A DNA stretch of 64,000 nt from Candidatus Poribacteria bacterium (GTDB lineage Bacteria > Poribacteria > WGA-4E > WGA-3G). Below are positions 17,696 through 27,218 of the stretch, in pieces (the first letter of the stretch is position 1; each line of letters begins with the position of its first letter). The notes beneath the pieces are model-generated. The model saw nothing but the letters and a program-made list of their open reading frames with translations, made no database searches and was not told where the DNA came from. A program made the position numbers and the translations under genes. The stretch is taken from assembly GCA_965242965.1 (NCBI GenBank), contig OZ251518.1:224001-288000 (forward strand). The letters are read 5' to 3'.

Positions 17696-18250
17696 TTAGT
17701 CTTTACCCTGAGTGTCTCCGTTTAGGGTTGCCAAAAGCGTGTCAATTTCCGTTTTGAGTTCGGCGTAAACTTTCGGTTTAAAATCCGATTTTCGGTGGAA
17801 GACAAGGATGCCTTTCGGTGAGATGAGATAGAGATTCGGCTTCTCCTTCTCCGTTTGATACTTTTCATGGACGCGCCCTTTCCAATCCATCAGAAACGTG
17901 ACAGGCGGCGGATTTTTCTTCAGTTGATTCCGAATGAACCACTTCGGGACAAACCCTGGCACACTCCGCAAATCGCCGACGATATAGGCGACTGTCCGTT
18001 TATCTTCGGCGTAATCCTTCTGAAACGCCGCCGCCCATTTATCGTCTTCTTTGCGGATTTTCCGGTTGCCCATGATGAGAAAGACCACTTTGCCGCGAAG
18101 TTTTTCGAGGCTATGCGATTTTTCTTCGGCATCTTCAAGCGTAAACAGTGGTGCTTCGTCGTTGATTTTTAGCGGTTTCGTCTCCGTTTTTTCCTCAGCA
18201 AAAGCGAACATCGCGATGCAGATGAAGGCGAAGAGCCAGAGTTGTTTCAT
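17696..18250 (-). CDS. Secreted redoxin/thioredoxin-fold protein
   Basis: Signal peptide, APLFTLED...SLEKLRGKVVFL and P.LYLISPKG patterns; no CxxC. The ORF-track extension to 18382 is repeat-derived. Confidence 0.65.
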   Translation of the reverse strand: MKQLWLFAFICIAMFAFAEEKTETKPLKINDEAPLFTLEDAEEKSHSLEKLRGKVVFLIMGNRKIRKEDDKWAAAFQKDYAEDKRTVAYIVGDLRSVPGFVPKWFIRNQLKKNPPPVTFLMDWKGRVHEKYQTEKEKPNLYLISPKGILVFHRKSDFKPKVYAELKTEIDTLLATLNGDTQGKD

Positions 18251-18324
18251 GAGGAGGTTCTCCCTTGCGAGTTGTTTTTTGTTGTGACATTTTAGCATAA
18301 TGGGTGGGTTTCTGTCAAGTTTTG

Positions 18325-19380
18325 GGGCAGGATTTCCAAGATTTTCAAGATTTGCAGGATGAGAGGGCTCTTGGCGATGCAAATCATCTATCTACCGTAG
18401 CGCGGGGGCCTGTCCCCCGCGATCGCCCGCGTGCCCCAGTGACTGTAGTTCGGGATCGCCTGATCCCGAACATGTCAAGATCGGGCAATCTTGACCTACA
18501 GAGAATAGGCTTTACCGTAGCGCGGGGGCCTGTCCCCCGCGATCTACCGATCGAAACGAAAAACGCCCGCAGCAAAGGCCCCGGACGTTTGCTGTCACGA
18601 CCGGGGCACGGCGAGGGACAGGCCCTCGCCCTACGGTGGGAGGAGGGGTGTTTTAGGTGACGTAGCGCGGGGGCCTGTCCCCCGCGCTGCCAATTGTCTG
18701 AAGCAGGATTTCCACGATTTCCACGATTTCCAAGATTATCTCTCGCAACGAGTTTTTTGCAATGGACACCTCTTCAGGTCCTTTAGGACCTGCATGTCTA
18801 TAGAAAAACAGATCTGCGACTGTTTTCAAGGTCCGTTAGGACCTTAATCCAGCGGCAGCGAGGTGAGCAGTGGCACATTAAGGGCTTACAGACCTAAAGA
18901 GACTTTCGGCGCGATACCCACCTAATCCTGAAAATCTTGAAAATCCTGCTCCAGACCTAGGCATGGCGAGGGACAGGCCCTCGTCCTACGGTTCGTGGGC
19001 ACGGTTTGGATAGCGAAAAAAAAGCATATTAAGGTCCTACAGACCTTGGCAATCTTCGCGTCGCATTGTTCTATAGACATTAAGGTCTTACAGACCTAAA
19101 GAGACGTTTCGTCGGAATAAAAACCGCCTAATCCTGAAAATCTTGAAAATCTTGGAAATCCTGCTCCTATCTTGCAAATCCTGCTCCAGGCGAATGGGAT
19201 CGCGGGGGCCTGTCCCCCGCGCTACGGTGAGCCGCAGCTGTCCTCTGACATCGCGGGGGACAGGCCCCCGCGCTACGGTGGACAGCAGCCGGCCCCTGAC
19301 ATCGCGGGGGACAGGCCCCCGCGCTACGGTGGACAGCAGCCCTCCTCTTCACCGTAGGGCGAGGGCCTGTCCCTCGCCAC
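18325..19380. repeat. About 1-kb mosaic repeat block (GTAG hairpins, CTATAGACAT modules, 9-bp AATCTTGAA/AATCCTG tandem microrepeats)
   Basis: Many REP copies, GATTTCCAC/GATTTTCAA 9-mers at ~18330 and ~18707, AATCCTGAAAATCTTGAAAATC at ~18925 and ~19130, and ~58-bp tandem units at 19200-19340. Confidence 0.85.
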
Positions 19381-19425
19381 GCCTCGGTCTGAATAGAAGA
19401 CATCGCGGACGTTTCTTCTGCGCCG

Positions 19426-20937
19426 CTATCCCCCAAAAAGCGGTAAGATATACGGCACTATCACCTTCTGGATGACCGTCAACGTCCCGAAGATGGAATA
19501 AAATCCGGCGCACAAAACTAAACCGATTTGTTTCCAGACAGGCGGTTGGATCTCCGGCGGTAAGAATTTCCGATTGACGTAGAGGGTGTGAAGCGAGGTA
19601 ATCACGAGTAGGTAACCGCCGACCGTCGCTGATACTAAAATCATGAAAAACGGTTTGGCGAGATACATCGCGATGACTCCCCAAAGGATATAGACGACGA
19701 GAATCGGGTAGTAAATCCACTTCGCGCCGTGTTCTCCCAGTTTACGCGTGCCTTTAAACCCGGTCCAGATAATATCGGTATACCGACGCGGGACTCCGTC
19801 TACGCCGCCGAGTTGCGTTGAAAACAGCACCCAAAATCCACAAAGTAAGGTGAGATACCAGAGGTGCCTGCCGCCTTTTGCAGCGAGGCCTTCTGCTTGG
19901 AATGCTGCGGCAGACCACTGGTCGACCGCTTGGCCAGAAGGGACGAACGCTAGTGTTAGCATTGCCGGCAGCGCAAGCCCGATGAAACAGCCGATTAGCC
20001 AGATGTAATACTGCTCAAAGCGGACATATTTCCACCACTCTCGGAAGCGCGCGAGGTTTTCGGGGGTGATGCGGAATACCTTGCCCCAGTGCGATAACGT
20101 CACGTTTTGTCCGCCGATGATAGAGGGAATCGCGCCGACGAGACTGCTCATGCCCCAGCCTTTATCACGGACATAATTGGTAATGGTGACGTTGCCTAAG
20201 CCGCCACTCCCGGCGTAAGCGGCGAACGCGCCGAGCAACACCCAGTCTACCTGTCCGCCATCGGCTGACTGCGGCAACGCGCCGAAACTGAAGAAGCCTT
20301 TGACGACACTCCACCACACACTGGGCGGCACGAGAAACAGGTCGATGATGACGAGGTAGCCGATAATCCAGACTACCATGAAAAGTTGCACTTTCTCCAG
20401 CGCGTTGTAAATCTTGCCACCGAATAGGACGATACCCAAACAGATGAAAAAGATGGCGAAGGCAAAGAGACGCACCGTGCCGCCATCGGCATCTTGTGGC
20501 ATATAGCCTAACCATGCGGCGGCGAGCGCGGTTGCGGCTGTCATTGCCCAACCGGGCCAGATGCCGAAGAAGTCAACGGCGGAATAGAAAATCGCCCAGA
20601 ACCGCGCGCCCGGTTTGCATCGCATATAGCCGCTCAGCATCGGTTCGCCGCTATAGAGGGTATAGCGGATCGCTTCGGTGTTGAGGATCGCCTGTAGTAA
20701 AATCGCGAAGGTGGCAATCCAGAGTAGACGGCCTCCGTATTGTGCGGTAATCGCCGGACCGAGCAGCCATTCGCCACTGCCGATGGAACCGCCTAAGGCG
20801 ATGATGCCGGGGCCCAGGATGCTCCGAAACGCTTTTCCGAATTGATAACGGGGCGGCGCGGGGAGTTCCGCGACTTCCCAATCCGGGAGCGCGCCGCCGT
20901 GAACCCGTTCGTGGGTCTGTCCGTATGTCTGTGCCAT
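19426..20937 (-). CDS. Nramp-like/APC-superfamily membrane transporter
   Basis: LGPGII..GGSIGSGEW.LGP and RYTL.SGE motifs, about 11 TM segments. Follows the Ldh_2 gene with a 1-bp gap. Confidence 0.75.
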   Translation of the reverse strand: MAQTYGQTHERVHGGALPDWEVAELPAPPRYQFGKAFRSILGPGIIALGGSIGSGEWLLGPAITAQYGGRLLWIATFAILLQAILNTEAIRYTLYSGEPMLSGYMRCKPGARFWAIFYSAVDFFGIWPGWAMTAATALAAAWLGYMPQDADGGTVRLFAFAIFFICLGIVLFGGKIYNALEKVQLFMVVWIIGYLVIIDLFLVPPSVWWSVVKGFFSFGALPQSADGGQVDWVLLGAFAAYAGSGGLGNVTITNYVRDKGWGMSSLVGAIPSIIGGQNVTLSHWGKVFRITPENLARFREWWKYVRFEQYYIWLIGCFIGLALPAMLTLAFVPSGQAVDQWSAAAFQAEGLAAKGGRHLWYLTLLCGFWVLFSTQLGGVDGVPRRYTDIIWTGFKGTRKLGEHGAKWIYYPILVVYILWGVIAMYLAKPFFMILVSATVGGYLLVITSLHTLYVNRKFLPPEIQPPVWKQIGLVLCAGFYSIFGTLTVIQKVIVPYILPLFGG

Positions 20938-20938
20938 A

Positions 20939-21967
20939 TTACCACTCCCAGAAAATCGCAACGCCCAACCTATCGGCGATGTCCGCGAGGCTTTGCAAGT
21001 GGTTGCGGTGGATAGGGATGCCGCTTTCTCGCCACTTGTCGTAGTTATTCCACTCGATCTCGCCGGGGAGGAACGCCTGTTCTACGCCTTCCGCCGTTTT
21101 CGAGGCGTGAATTTTGTCAATCGCCTGCTGAAGTTCGGCGGCGTATGCATCGTAATCCGTGAAACTCGCGACGTTTATCGCCATGAAGAAGTGCTCGGAA
21201 GGGTCATCGGCTTTGTTGGATGCCATCAAGCCGCCGCAGAGCGGTCCCGCCAAAATGCCCATGACGAGTGCGAGTCCGTAGCCTCTCGGACCGGCGGCGG
21301 GTGCGAGTAAACGGCTATTACCCGGGTCATCGGTAGGTTGGCCTCTGTCGTCCAAAAGCCATCCGTGCGGAATGGGTTTGCCATACATCCGCAGCGTGCC
21401 GATTTTCCCCCAAGCGGATGCGCCGCACGCCATGTCCAACACGATCGGATGTCCATCGCCGGTGGGGAGCGCGTAACTCATCGCGTTGTTTGCGACGACA
21501 GCCTCCGCGCCACCGGGTGCGGCTACGGACACCCGTCCTGTGTTCGTCGTTGAAAAACCGATGAGTTGTTCGGATGCCGCCATGATGGAATAGCATCCCG
21601 CTGCGCCGAAGTGCCCGGCGTTACGGACACCCGCTGCGGCCACCCCGGTCGTTTTCGCTTTCGCAATCGCTGTCTGCATCGCGAAGGTGCTAGCGAGGTG
21701 CCCCATCCCGTTATCGCCATCAATTACGGCGAAACTCGGTCCATCCGTAACGATGCGCAAGTCGGGTTTTGGATTCATCTTGTCCGCAAGCACTAGGTTT
21801 AGATATCCGGGCAAGGCGCGTGTGCCGTGTGAATGCACGCCGCGCAGATCGGTTTGCACCTGCAATTTCGCCATTTGTTCTGCGTCTTCGGGAGGGAGTC
21901 CAGCTTTTTCACAAAGCGTCTGGGCGAAATCGTGCAATTTCGTTGCGTCTACCACAATCTCCTGCAT
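20939..21967 (-). CDS. Ldh_2 family oxidoreductase (malate/L-lactate/ureidoglycolate dehydrogenase-like)
   Basis: DLRGVHSHG, IDGDNGMGH, HFGA, LDMA and LPGE motifs. Confidence 0.9.
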   Translation of the reverse strand: MQEIVVDATKLHDFAQTLCEKAGLPPEDAEQMAKLQVQTDLRGVHSHGTRALPGYLNLVLADKMNPKPDLRIVTDGPSFAVIDGDNGMGHLASTFAMQTAIAKAKTTGVAAAGVRNAGHFGAAGCYSIMAASEQLIGFSTTNTGRVSVAAPGGAEAVVANNAMSYALPTGDGHPIVLDMACGASAWGKIGTLRMYGKPIPHGWLLDDRGQPTDDPGNSRLLAPAAGPRGYGLALVMGILAGPLCGGLMASNKADDPSEHFFMAINVASFTDYDAYAAELQQAIDKIHASKTAEGVEQAFLPGEIEWNNYDKWRESGIPIHRNHLQSLADIADRLGVAIFWEW

Positions 21968-22064
21968 AAGGTTCTCCTGAATAGAGTGTTGTTTTCAGTT
22001 TAGCAGACATCGTTTTATGCGTCAAGGAGAAAATGGGAGGTGCGAGAGAAAAGGGTTCGCGGCG

Positions 22065-22475
22065 CGTAGTGCGAGGGCCTGTTCCTCGCGAAAATAACCG
22101 CTCGCGGCGGGAGCGATTGCATCGAGACCGGGAGGTCTCTCCTACCGGAACGCATCGGGCCCACCTGTGTAGTTTGTGATCGCCTGATCACAAACAGGTC
22201 AAGTCAAGCCCACTTCTGTAGTTTGTGCTCGCCTGATCACAAACGGGTCAAGTCGGGCCCACCTCTGTAGTTTGTGCTCGCCTGATCACAAACGGGTCAG
22301 GATCAGGCGATCCTGACCTACAGAGGGGATGAGGTTTGACAGTCAAACGCATGGCGAGGGACAAGCCCTCGCCCTACGAAAAAAAATGAAGATGAGGCAT
22401 GGCGAGGGACAGGCCCTCGCCCTACGAAAAAAATGAAGATGAGGCATGGCGAGGGACAAGCTCTCGCCTTACGAA
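22065..22475. repeat. Tandem REP arrays
   Basis: Three ~50-bp GTAGTTTGTG(A/C)TCGCCTGATCACAAAC units, then three GCATGGCGAGGGACA(G/A)GCCCTCGCCCTACGAAAAAAATGAA units. Confidence 0.85.
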
Positions 22476-22484
22476 AAAATGAAC

Positions 22485-23090
22485 CTACTGCGCGCCTTTC
22501 AACGCGCCCCAGGTTGTCGTCACTTTCCCTGTCGGTTCAACGGGAGTTGTGGGCAATGCGCCGACGGTTTTGCGGAAATACACGTCATCTTCGACATCGT
22601 TTGGGCCTGCCCAGACCCAGAATGCTGTAGAATCCGGGTCTTTCAGGATTTCGCGCATCGTATCTGCACCGAATCCCCAGATGCCCTCGCCAAACGGGTC
22701 CAGTTGCGTGGCGTTATCCCAGCCGCTGTCGTCAAAATCGGGTTGTTCCCATCCATCGGTGCGTTCCTCAATAGGAACACCCGCGTTTGCCTTCCAAGTC
22801 TCGTCTGATGGGATATACGTGCCATCGTCAAGGATGACATCAAACAAGGCACCGCCGCGCCCGGCATCACCGGGTTCGGCATCGTGCACGTAGACAGCGA
22901 TGACAGCATACCCATCGGGCATGTCAAACTCGGTGACGCTGGCTTCCTGCCAGTTATTGCCTTCCGCGACTTGCTCGCCGTTGACGAAGCCTACCCAGGA
23001 ATTATCGCCGTTGATGCGCAGTGTCGCCGCCCACAGGCTAGCCGTGGCCATCGCGAGAATCAGAAGTGTTGCAACAAAAAGTCTTTTCAT
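22485..23090 (-). CDS. Secreted beta-sandwich (lectin-like) protein with Poribacteria-type C-terminal tail
   Basis: Signal peptide, GW..PDFDDS.W motif, tail PVEPTGKVTTTWGALK. Paralog of 23281-23916. Confidence 0.65.
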   Translation of the reverse strand: MKRLFVATLLILAMATASLWAATLRINGDNSWVGFVNGEQVAEGNNWQEASVTEFDMPDGYAVIAVYVHDAEPGDAGRGGALFDVILDDGTYIPSDETWKANAGVPIEERTDGWEQPDFDDSGWDNATQLDPFGEGIWGFGADTMREILKDPDSTAFWVWAGPNDVEDDVYFRKTVGALPTTPVEPTGKVTTTWGALKGAQ

Positions 23091-23142
23091 TGATGAATCT
23101 CCTTTTCAGTTTTATGCAGTAAGGCGAGTTCAGGCGAACTCG

Positions 23143-23265
23143 CTCATTCGTAGGGCGGGGGCCTGTCCCCCGCCATGTATTGTTACTCATTCGTAGGGCG
23201 GGGGCCTGTCCCCCGCCATGTATTGTTACTCACTCGTAGGGCGGGGGCCTGTCCCCCGCCATGTA
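23143..23265. repeat. Three tandem ~43-bp REP units
   Basis: CTCA(T/C)TCGTAGGGCGGGGGCCTGTCCCCCGCCATGTA(TTGTTA) repeated three times. Confidence 0.9.
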
Positions 23266-23280
23266 GAGAGAATGAGATGG

Positions 23281-23916
23281 CTACCTTGCCATCCGCTTAA
23301 CTCGCGCCCATGTCGTCGCGAGTTTATCTTGGGGTTCAACTGGGAGTGTGCCGATGGCGTAACGGAAATAGATGTCGTCTTCCGCGTCATTCGGTCCGCA
23401 CCATGCCCAGAATGCTTCACAATCCGGGTCCTTCAGGATTTGGCGCATTTGCGCGGCCCCGAATCCCCAGATGCCGCCCCCGAATTGTTCGTAAATTTCG
23501 AGTTCGTCTTCCCATTTGCTGTCGTCAAAATCGATTTCTTCCCAGCCGTCCTTCCGGTCTTCGATGGGTTTGCCGGTATCACACCGCCAGCCTTCTTCGC
23601 CGGTGCCGATGTATTCCGGTGCATCGTCGAGAATGATGTCGGCGAGAAACCCGCCTCTGCCAGCGGCACCCGGTTCCGCGTCGTGGACGTAGATGGCAAT
23701 GAGCGCAAACCCTTTGTCGAGTTTAAACTCGGTGACGGTGGGCTGCTGCCAATTGTTGTTCGCGGCGACTTCTTCGCCGTTGACAAACGCGACCCAACTG
23801 TTATCGCCGCTGATACGCAGAACGCCGTTTTTAGGCTCGGCGTTTACAGCGGGAGTGAGAAGCATTCCGATGAGCAAGAATGCAAGTATTAAACGTCCCA
23901 TAGATTGGGTATTCAT
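23281..23916 (-). CDS. Secreted beta-sandwich (lectin-like) protein, tandem paralog
   Basis: Highly similar to 22485-23090. Tail PVEPQDKLATTWARVK. Confidence 0.65.
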   Translation of the reverse strand: MNTQSMGRLILAFLLIGMLLTPAVNAEPKNGVLRISGDNSWVAFVNGEEVAANNNWQQPTVTEFKLDKGFALIAIYVHDAEPGAAGRGGFLADIILDDAPEYIGTGEEGWRCDTGKPIEDRKDGWEEIDFDDSKWEDELEIYEQFGGGIWGFGAAQMRQILKDPDCEAFWAWCGPNDAEDDIYFRYAIGTLPVEPQDKLATTWARVKRMAR

Positions 23917-23992
23917 AAAACCTCCGTTTTTTGTTAATTTTGGTAGGCGCAGTTTGAAACCGCGCCATTCATCAGGACAGACGCAAATGCTA

Positions 23993-25291
23993 TTATTCTG
24001 CGCCGGTCCTCTTCATTTCAAATTCGCGATAGAGCGAAAGCACCCCATCGGCGGTGTTGTCGTTGAAGAGACTCCGCGCGTAGGGTTCATAAGGCGCATA
24101 CTGCGTTTTAAAATAAGAGACGACAGATGCCTGTTTGGGTTCAATCCGATTTTCCTCAATTGCTTCACATAAAGCACGATAGGGCGGCCAGCGGCGCAAC
24201 TGTTCGTGGAAAATGAGTTCTGCATCCGCGCCCGCATCGGCGTAAATCTTGCCTAAAGGCGTGAGCGCGTAGGTGACTCGTCTTCCTACCGGCTGTTTCT
24301 CTACCAAGCCGAGGATAGTCAGATTATCCAACGCTTTGCGGACACCGGTATCTCCCGTTTTCCAATCGCGTTCTTCCAACCATCGGCGGAGGATGCGGCG
24401 CGTCCGGTTGGGACAGGCACTGACAGCCGCTGCCGTAATCTTCATTGCCCTGTAAACGCGGGCGGAATAGCCTAACAAGGCATCTTCAATTTCCCACGCC
24501 TCCCACAGGCTGAGTGCCGATTGCCGGTCGGCGATGTAGCGCGCTTCCTGCGTCTCTTGCAAGAAATGGAAGTTCCCCGTGCCGAATTGTGTTTGCGCGA
24601 GGCGGAGGCGCGGCAAACGGCGGAGCCACTTCTCCAATTCATCAGGAAAACAGATAAATTCGGGAAACCCCTCAAGCGTTTTACATTGCGGCTGCGCATC
24701 AAGTTGTAAGCGTGACTGATGCTTCCCGGTGCCGCCGATGATGCAATTCCCTTCCATGCCAAAGGCATCTAACAGCACGGAGGTGTATTTCTCACCGGGC
24801 GCGATGCGCGATAAAACGTGTGGACGTAGCGCGCGCCAATCGATGAGGAGAATCTCCAGTGACGTTTCCTGCCGTTGCCATTCGTGAACGCTTTCGTCAA
24901 ACCCGTTGAGAGAGACGCAGACGATGCCTTTGCACGCCAGATCACGGGCGGCTTGCAGGCGGCGTTCGACATGCAAATCCGAGAGAGTTGCGGCGCGTTT
25001 TTCAAAAAATTTCGCTTCCAATAGATAGCGGTTCGCGCCATCCCACAAAATCCCATCGCACTGATAGAGCGTGCCGGAATCGCCATACAGGCAACTTGAC
25101 CATTCCTGAACCTCTAGACTCCGCACGGAGTTGTAATAACTGAGGATCAGGTGCTCGAAGGCGTTCCCGCGTTTTGAAGGCGAAGATGGCAACGCAATTT
25201 TCGGCGAGGCTTTGCTGCTTAAGACGAAGGGTGCGGCTTCCTCTTTCAAAGCGGTAGTCAAGGTTGTGGGATGTGCGTAGATATATGCCAT
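23993..25291 (-). CDS. Restriction-endonuclease-like protein (Mrr-like PD-(D/E)xK domain plus C-terminal winged-helix region)
   Basis: AFEHLI...QCDGIL...YLLEAK catalytic pattern. C-terminal ALDNLTILGLVEK...YALTPLG is wHTH-like. Confidence 0.6.
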   Translation of the reverse strand: MAYIYAHPTTLTTALKEEAAPFVLSSKASPKIALPSSPSKRGNAFEHLILSYYNSVRSLEVQEWSSCLYGDSGTLYQCDGILWDGANRYLLEAKFFEKRAATLSDLHVERRLQAARDLACKGIVCVSLNGFDESVHEWQRQETSLEILLIDWRALRPHVLSRIAPGEKYTSVLLDAFGMEGNCIIGGTGKHQSRLQLDAQPQCKTLEGFPEFICFPDELEKWLRRLPRLRLAQTQFGTGNFHFLQETQEARYIADRQSALSLWEAWEIEDALLGYSARVYRAMKITAAAVSACPNRTRRILRRWLEERDWKTGDTGVRKALDNLTILGLVEKQPVGRRVTYALTPLGKIYADAGADAELIFHEQLRRWPPYRALCEAIEENRIEPKQASVVSYFKTQYAPYEPYARSLFNDNTADGVLSLYREFEMKRTGAE

Positions 25292-25334
25292 CTTGATTTC
25301 CAAGGTTTCCGTGCTGTCGGCGGGTCCTCCGGGT

Positions 25335-25685
25335 CCTGATTCCGTCCTTCTTGTAGGCGGGACATCCTTGTCCCGATATGATATTGCATCGAGACCAGGA
25401 GGTCTCTCCTACGGGGACAAGGGACATCCTTGTCCTGATTCCGCCGTTTTTGTAGGCGGGACATCCTTGTCCCGATACTCTTCTAGTAGGCGGGACATCC
25501 TTGTCCCGATATGATATTGCATCGAGACCAGGAGGTCTCTCCTACAAGGCCAAGGGACATCCTTGTCCTGATTCCACCGTTTTTGTAGGCGGGACATCCT
25601 TGTCCCGATACTCTTCTAGTAGGCGGGACATCCTTGTCCCGATATGATATTGCATCGAGACCGGGAGGTCTCTCCTACGGGGACA
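25335..25685. repeat. Tandem REP array (GTAGGCGGGACATCCTTGTCCCGATA family plus GAGACC hairpins)
   Basis: Seven GGGACATCCTTGTCC cores in ~132-bp higher-order units. Confidence 0.9.
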
Positions 25686-25707
25686 ATAGCCCTCCGGGTG
25701 CGGTATC

Positions 25708-26604
25708 CTAGAGAGCCAATCGGCCGGCGAGGTCTGCCACGAATTGATAGGCGACGCGTCCGGAACGTCCGCTTGAGGATGCTTCCCACTCCAATGCGGC
25801 GCGCCGTAACTCCACCGGCGGAACGGAAATGCCCCGTTTTTGTGCGTAATGCGAAACGATTTGTAAATAGGTATCCTGCGAAATCCGATAGAAAGCGAGG
25901 CGCAGACCGAACCGGTCGCTCAAGGAGACCTTCTCTTCGGTTGCCTCGCGCGGATATAATTCGTCTTCATCGTTCTGTGGATACTGATTTTCACGCACTT
26001 GTCGAGGCATCAAGTGCCGGCGATTGGAGGTGGCGTAAATCAGCACGTTATTGGGACAAGCGGCGATGCCGCCTTCCAGCATCGCCTTCAGTTCGCGATA
26101 TTCGGGTTCGTCTTCGTTAAACGCCAGGTCATCGCAGAAGAGGATGTATCGTTCCGGACGTTCCCACAGCAATTCGGCGATATCTTGCAGGTGCGCGAGC
26201 CCCTCTTTCCCGATGCCGATGAGACGGAGTCCGTCGTCAGCATAGCGCGCCAACATCGCTTTCACGAGAGAGGATTTGCCGGTGCCTCTGTCTCCCCAGA
26301 GTAGTGCGTGATTTGCGGGGAGTCCGCGTAGAAATTGCCGCGTATTCCGGTCTAACGCCGTGCATTGCGCTTCTATCCCGATGAGGTCTGCACTATCAAC
26401 GAGGTGCGGGTGTTTCACTGGCACGAGGGTTTGTGTCCGCCACCGAAAAGCAATGTAATCGTCAAGGCAGTTGTCTGCAATTGCGGTTTGCGCGTCCAAG
26501 CGGGTTAGCAAATTGTCCACTTTTTCCAGCAGTTGCGTGAAAAGAGGGAGGATGTCCTGCATGTTCGGTGAAGGCGAAACTTCATGGTGTTTCTGTGTAG
26601 ACAT
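25708..26604 (-). CDS. DUF815 family AAA+ ATP-binding protein
   Basis: ALLWGDRGTGKSS, ILFCDDL, YATSNRRHL and SLSDRFG motifs. Confidence 0.9.
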   Translation of the reverse strand: MSTQKHHEVSPSPNMQDILPLFTQLLEKVDNLLTRLDAQTAIADNCLDDYIAFRWRTQTLVPVKHPHLVDSADLIGIEAQCTALDRNTRQFLRGLPANHALLWGDRGTGKSSLVKAMLARYADDGLRLIGIGKEGLAHLQDIAELLWERPERYILFCDDLAFNEDEPEYRELKAMLEGGIAACPNNVLIYATSNRRHLMPRQVRENQYPQNDEDELYPREATEEKVSLSDRFGLRLAFYRISQDTYLQIVSHYAQKRGISVPPVELRRAALEWEASSSGRSGRVAYQFVADLAGRLAL

Positions 26605-26610
26605 CGTTGA

Positions 26611-26811
26611 CTATCGTTCCTCTCGCCTACTGAAAACTTGTTTCAGCCATTCGGTGAGTTCATCATCCCTAGCAATTGCTCTCAACAGCCAAAGCCCGCC
26701 TAGTCTGACTCCCCATGCTATGCTGAGGATAATGAAAATTGTCACCATAACTGAGCTTAAGAATACCTGAAGCAGGAATCTCAATATCATTTCCATGTCA
26801 CAAAACCTCAT
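26611..26811 (-). CDS. Small hypothetical membrane protein
   Basis: 66-aa hydrophobic ORF between a TTGACA-18 bp-TAAAAT promoter (26859-26830) and the DUF815 gene. Confidence 0.4.
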   Translation of the reverse strand: MRFCDMEMILRFLLQVFLSSVMVTIFIILSIAWGVRLGGLWLLRAIARDDELTEWLKQVFSRREER

Positions 26812-26974
26812 AGTTCAGCTATTTAGTGCATTTTACCACATTTTGGGGAAATCTGTCAAACAAATTTTATTTTTCGTTTAAATTGCCCGACATCGTGCAG
26901 TCTCAAACTGAATTTGTCCGTTTCCGTGCAAATATCGCCGCGTTTTGCGGTTATGGGGTTGGCATATAAATTGC

Positions 26975-27165
26975 TGAAAGTGTTTCATAAATCGCTCCAC
27001 GTCGCGGAGACAGGCCCCGCGATACGGTGAAAAAAACACCTCTCCTTCACGTAGGGCAAGGGCCTTTCCCTCGCCATGCTGCGATCGCGGGGGACAGGCC
27101 CCCGCGCTACGGTAAAAAACGGTTTTCTTCACCGTAGGGCGAGGGCCTGTCCCTCGCCATTGTTC
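26975..27165. repeat. Left half of TIR/REP cassette
   Basis: TGAAAGTGTTTCATAA (degenerate left TIR). Block 27023-27142 is repeated at 30091-30210. Confidence 0.75.
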
Positions 27166-27218
27166 CGCGCGCCAGACCGCTTTCAAGAAAACATTTCCGA
27201 AAAGAGAGGAGCTCACTC

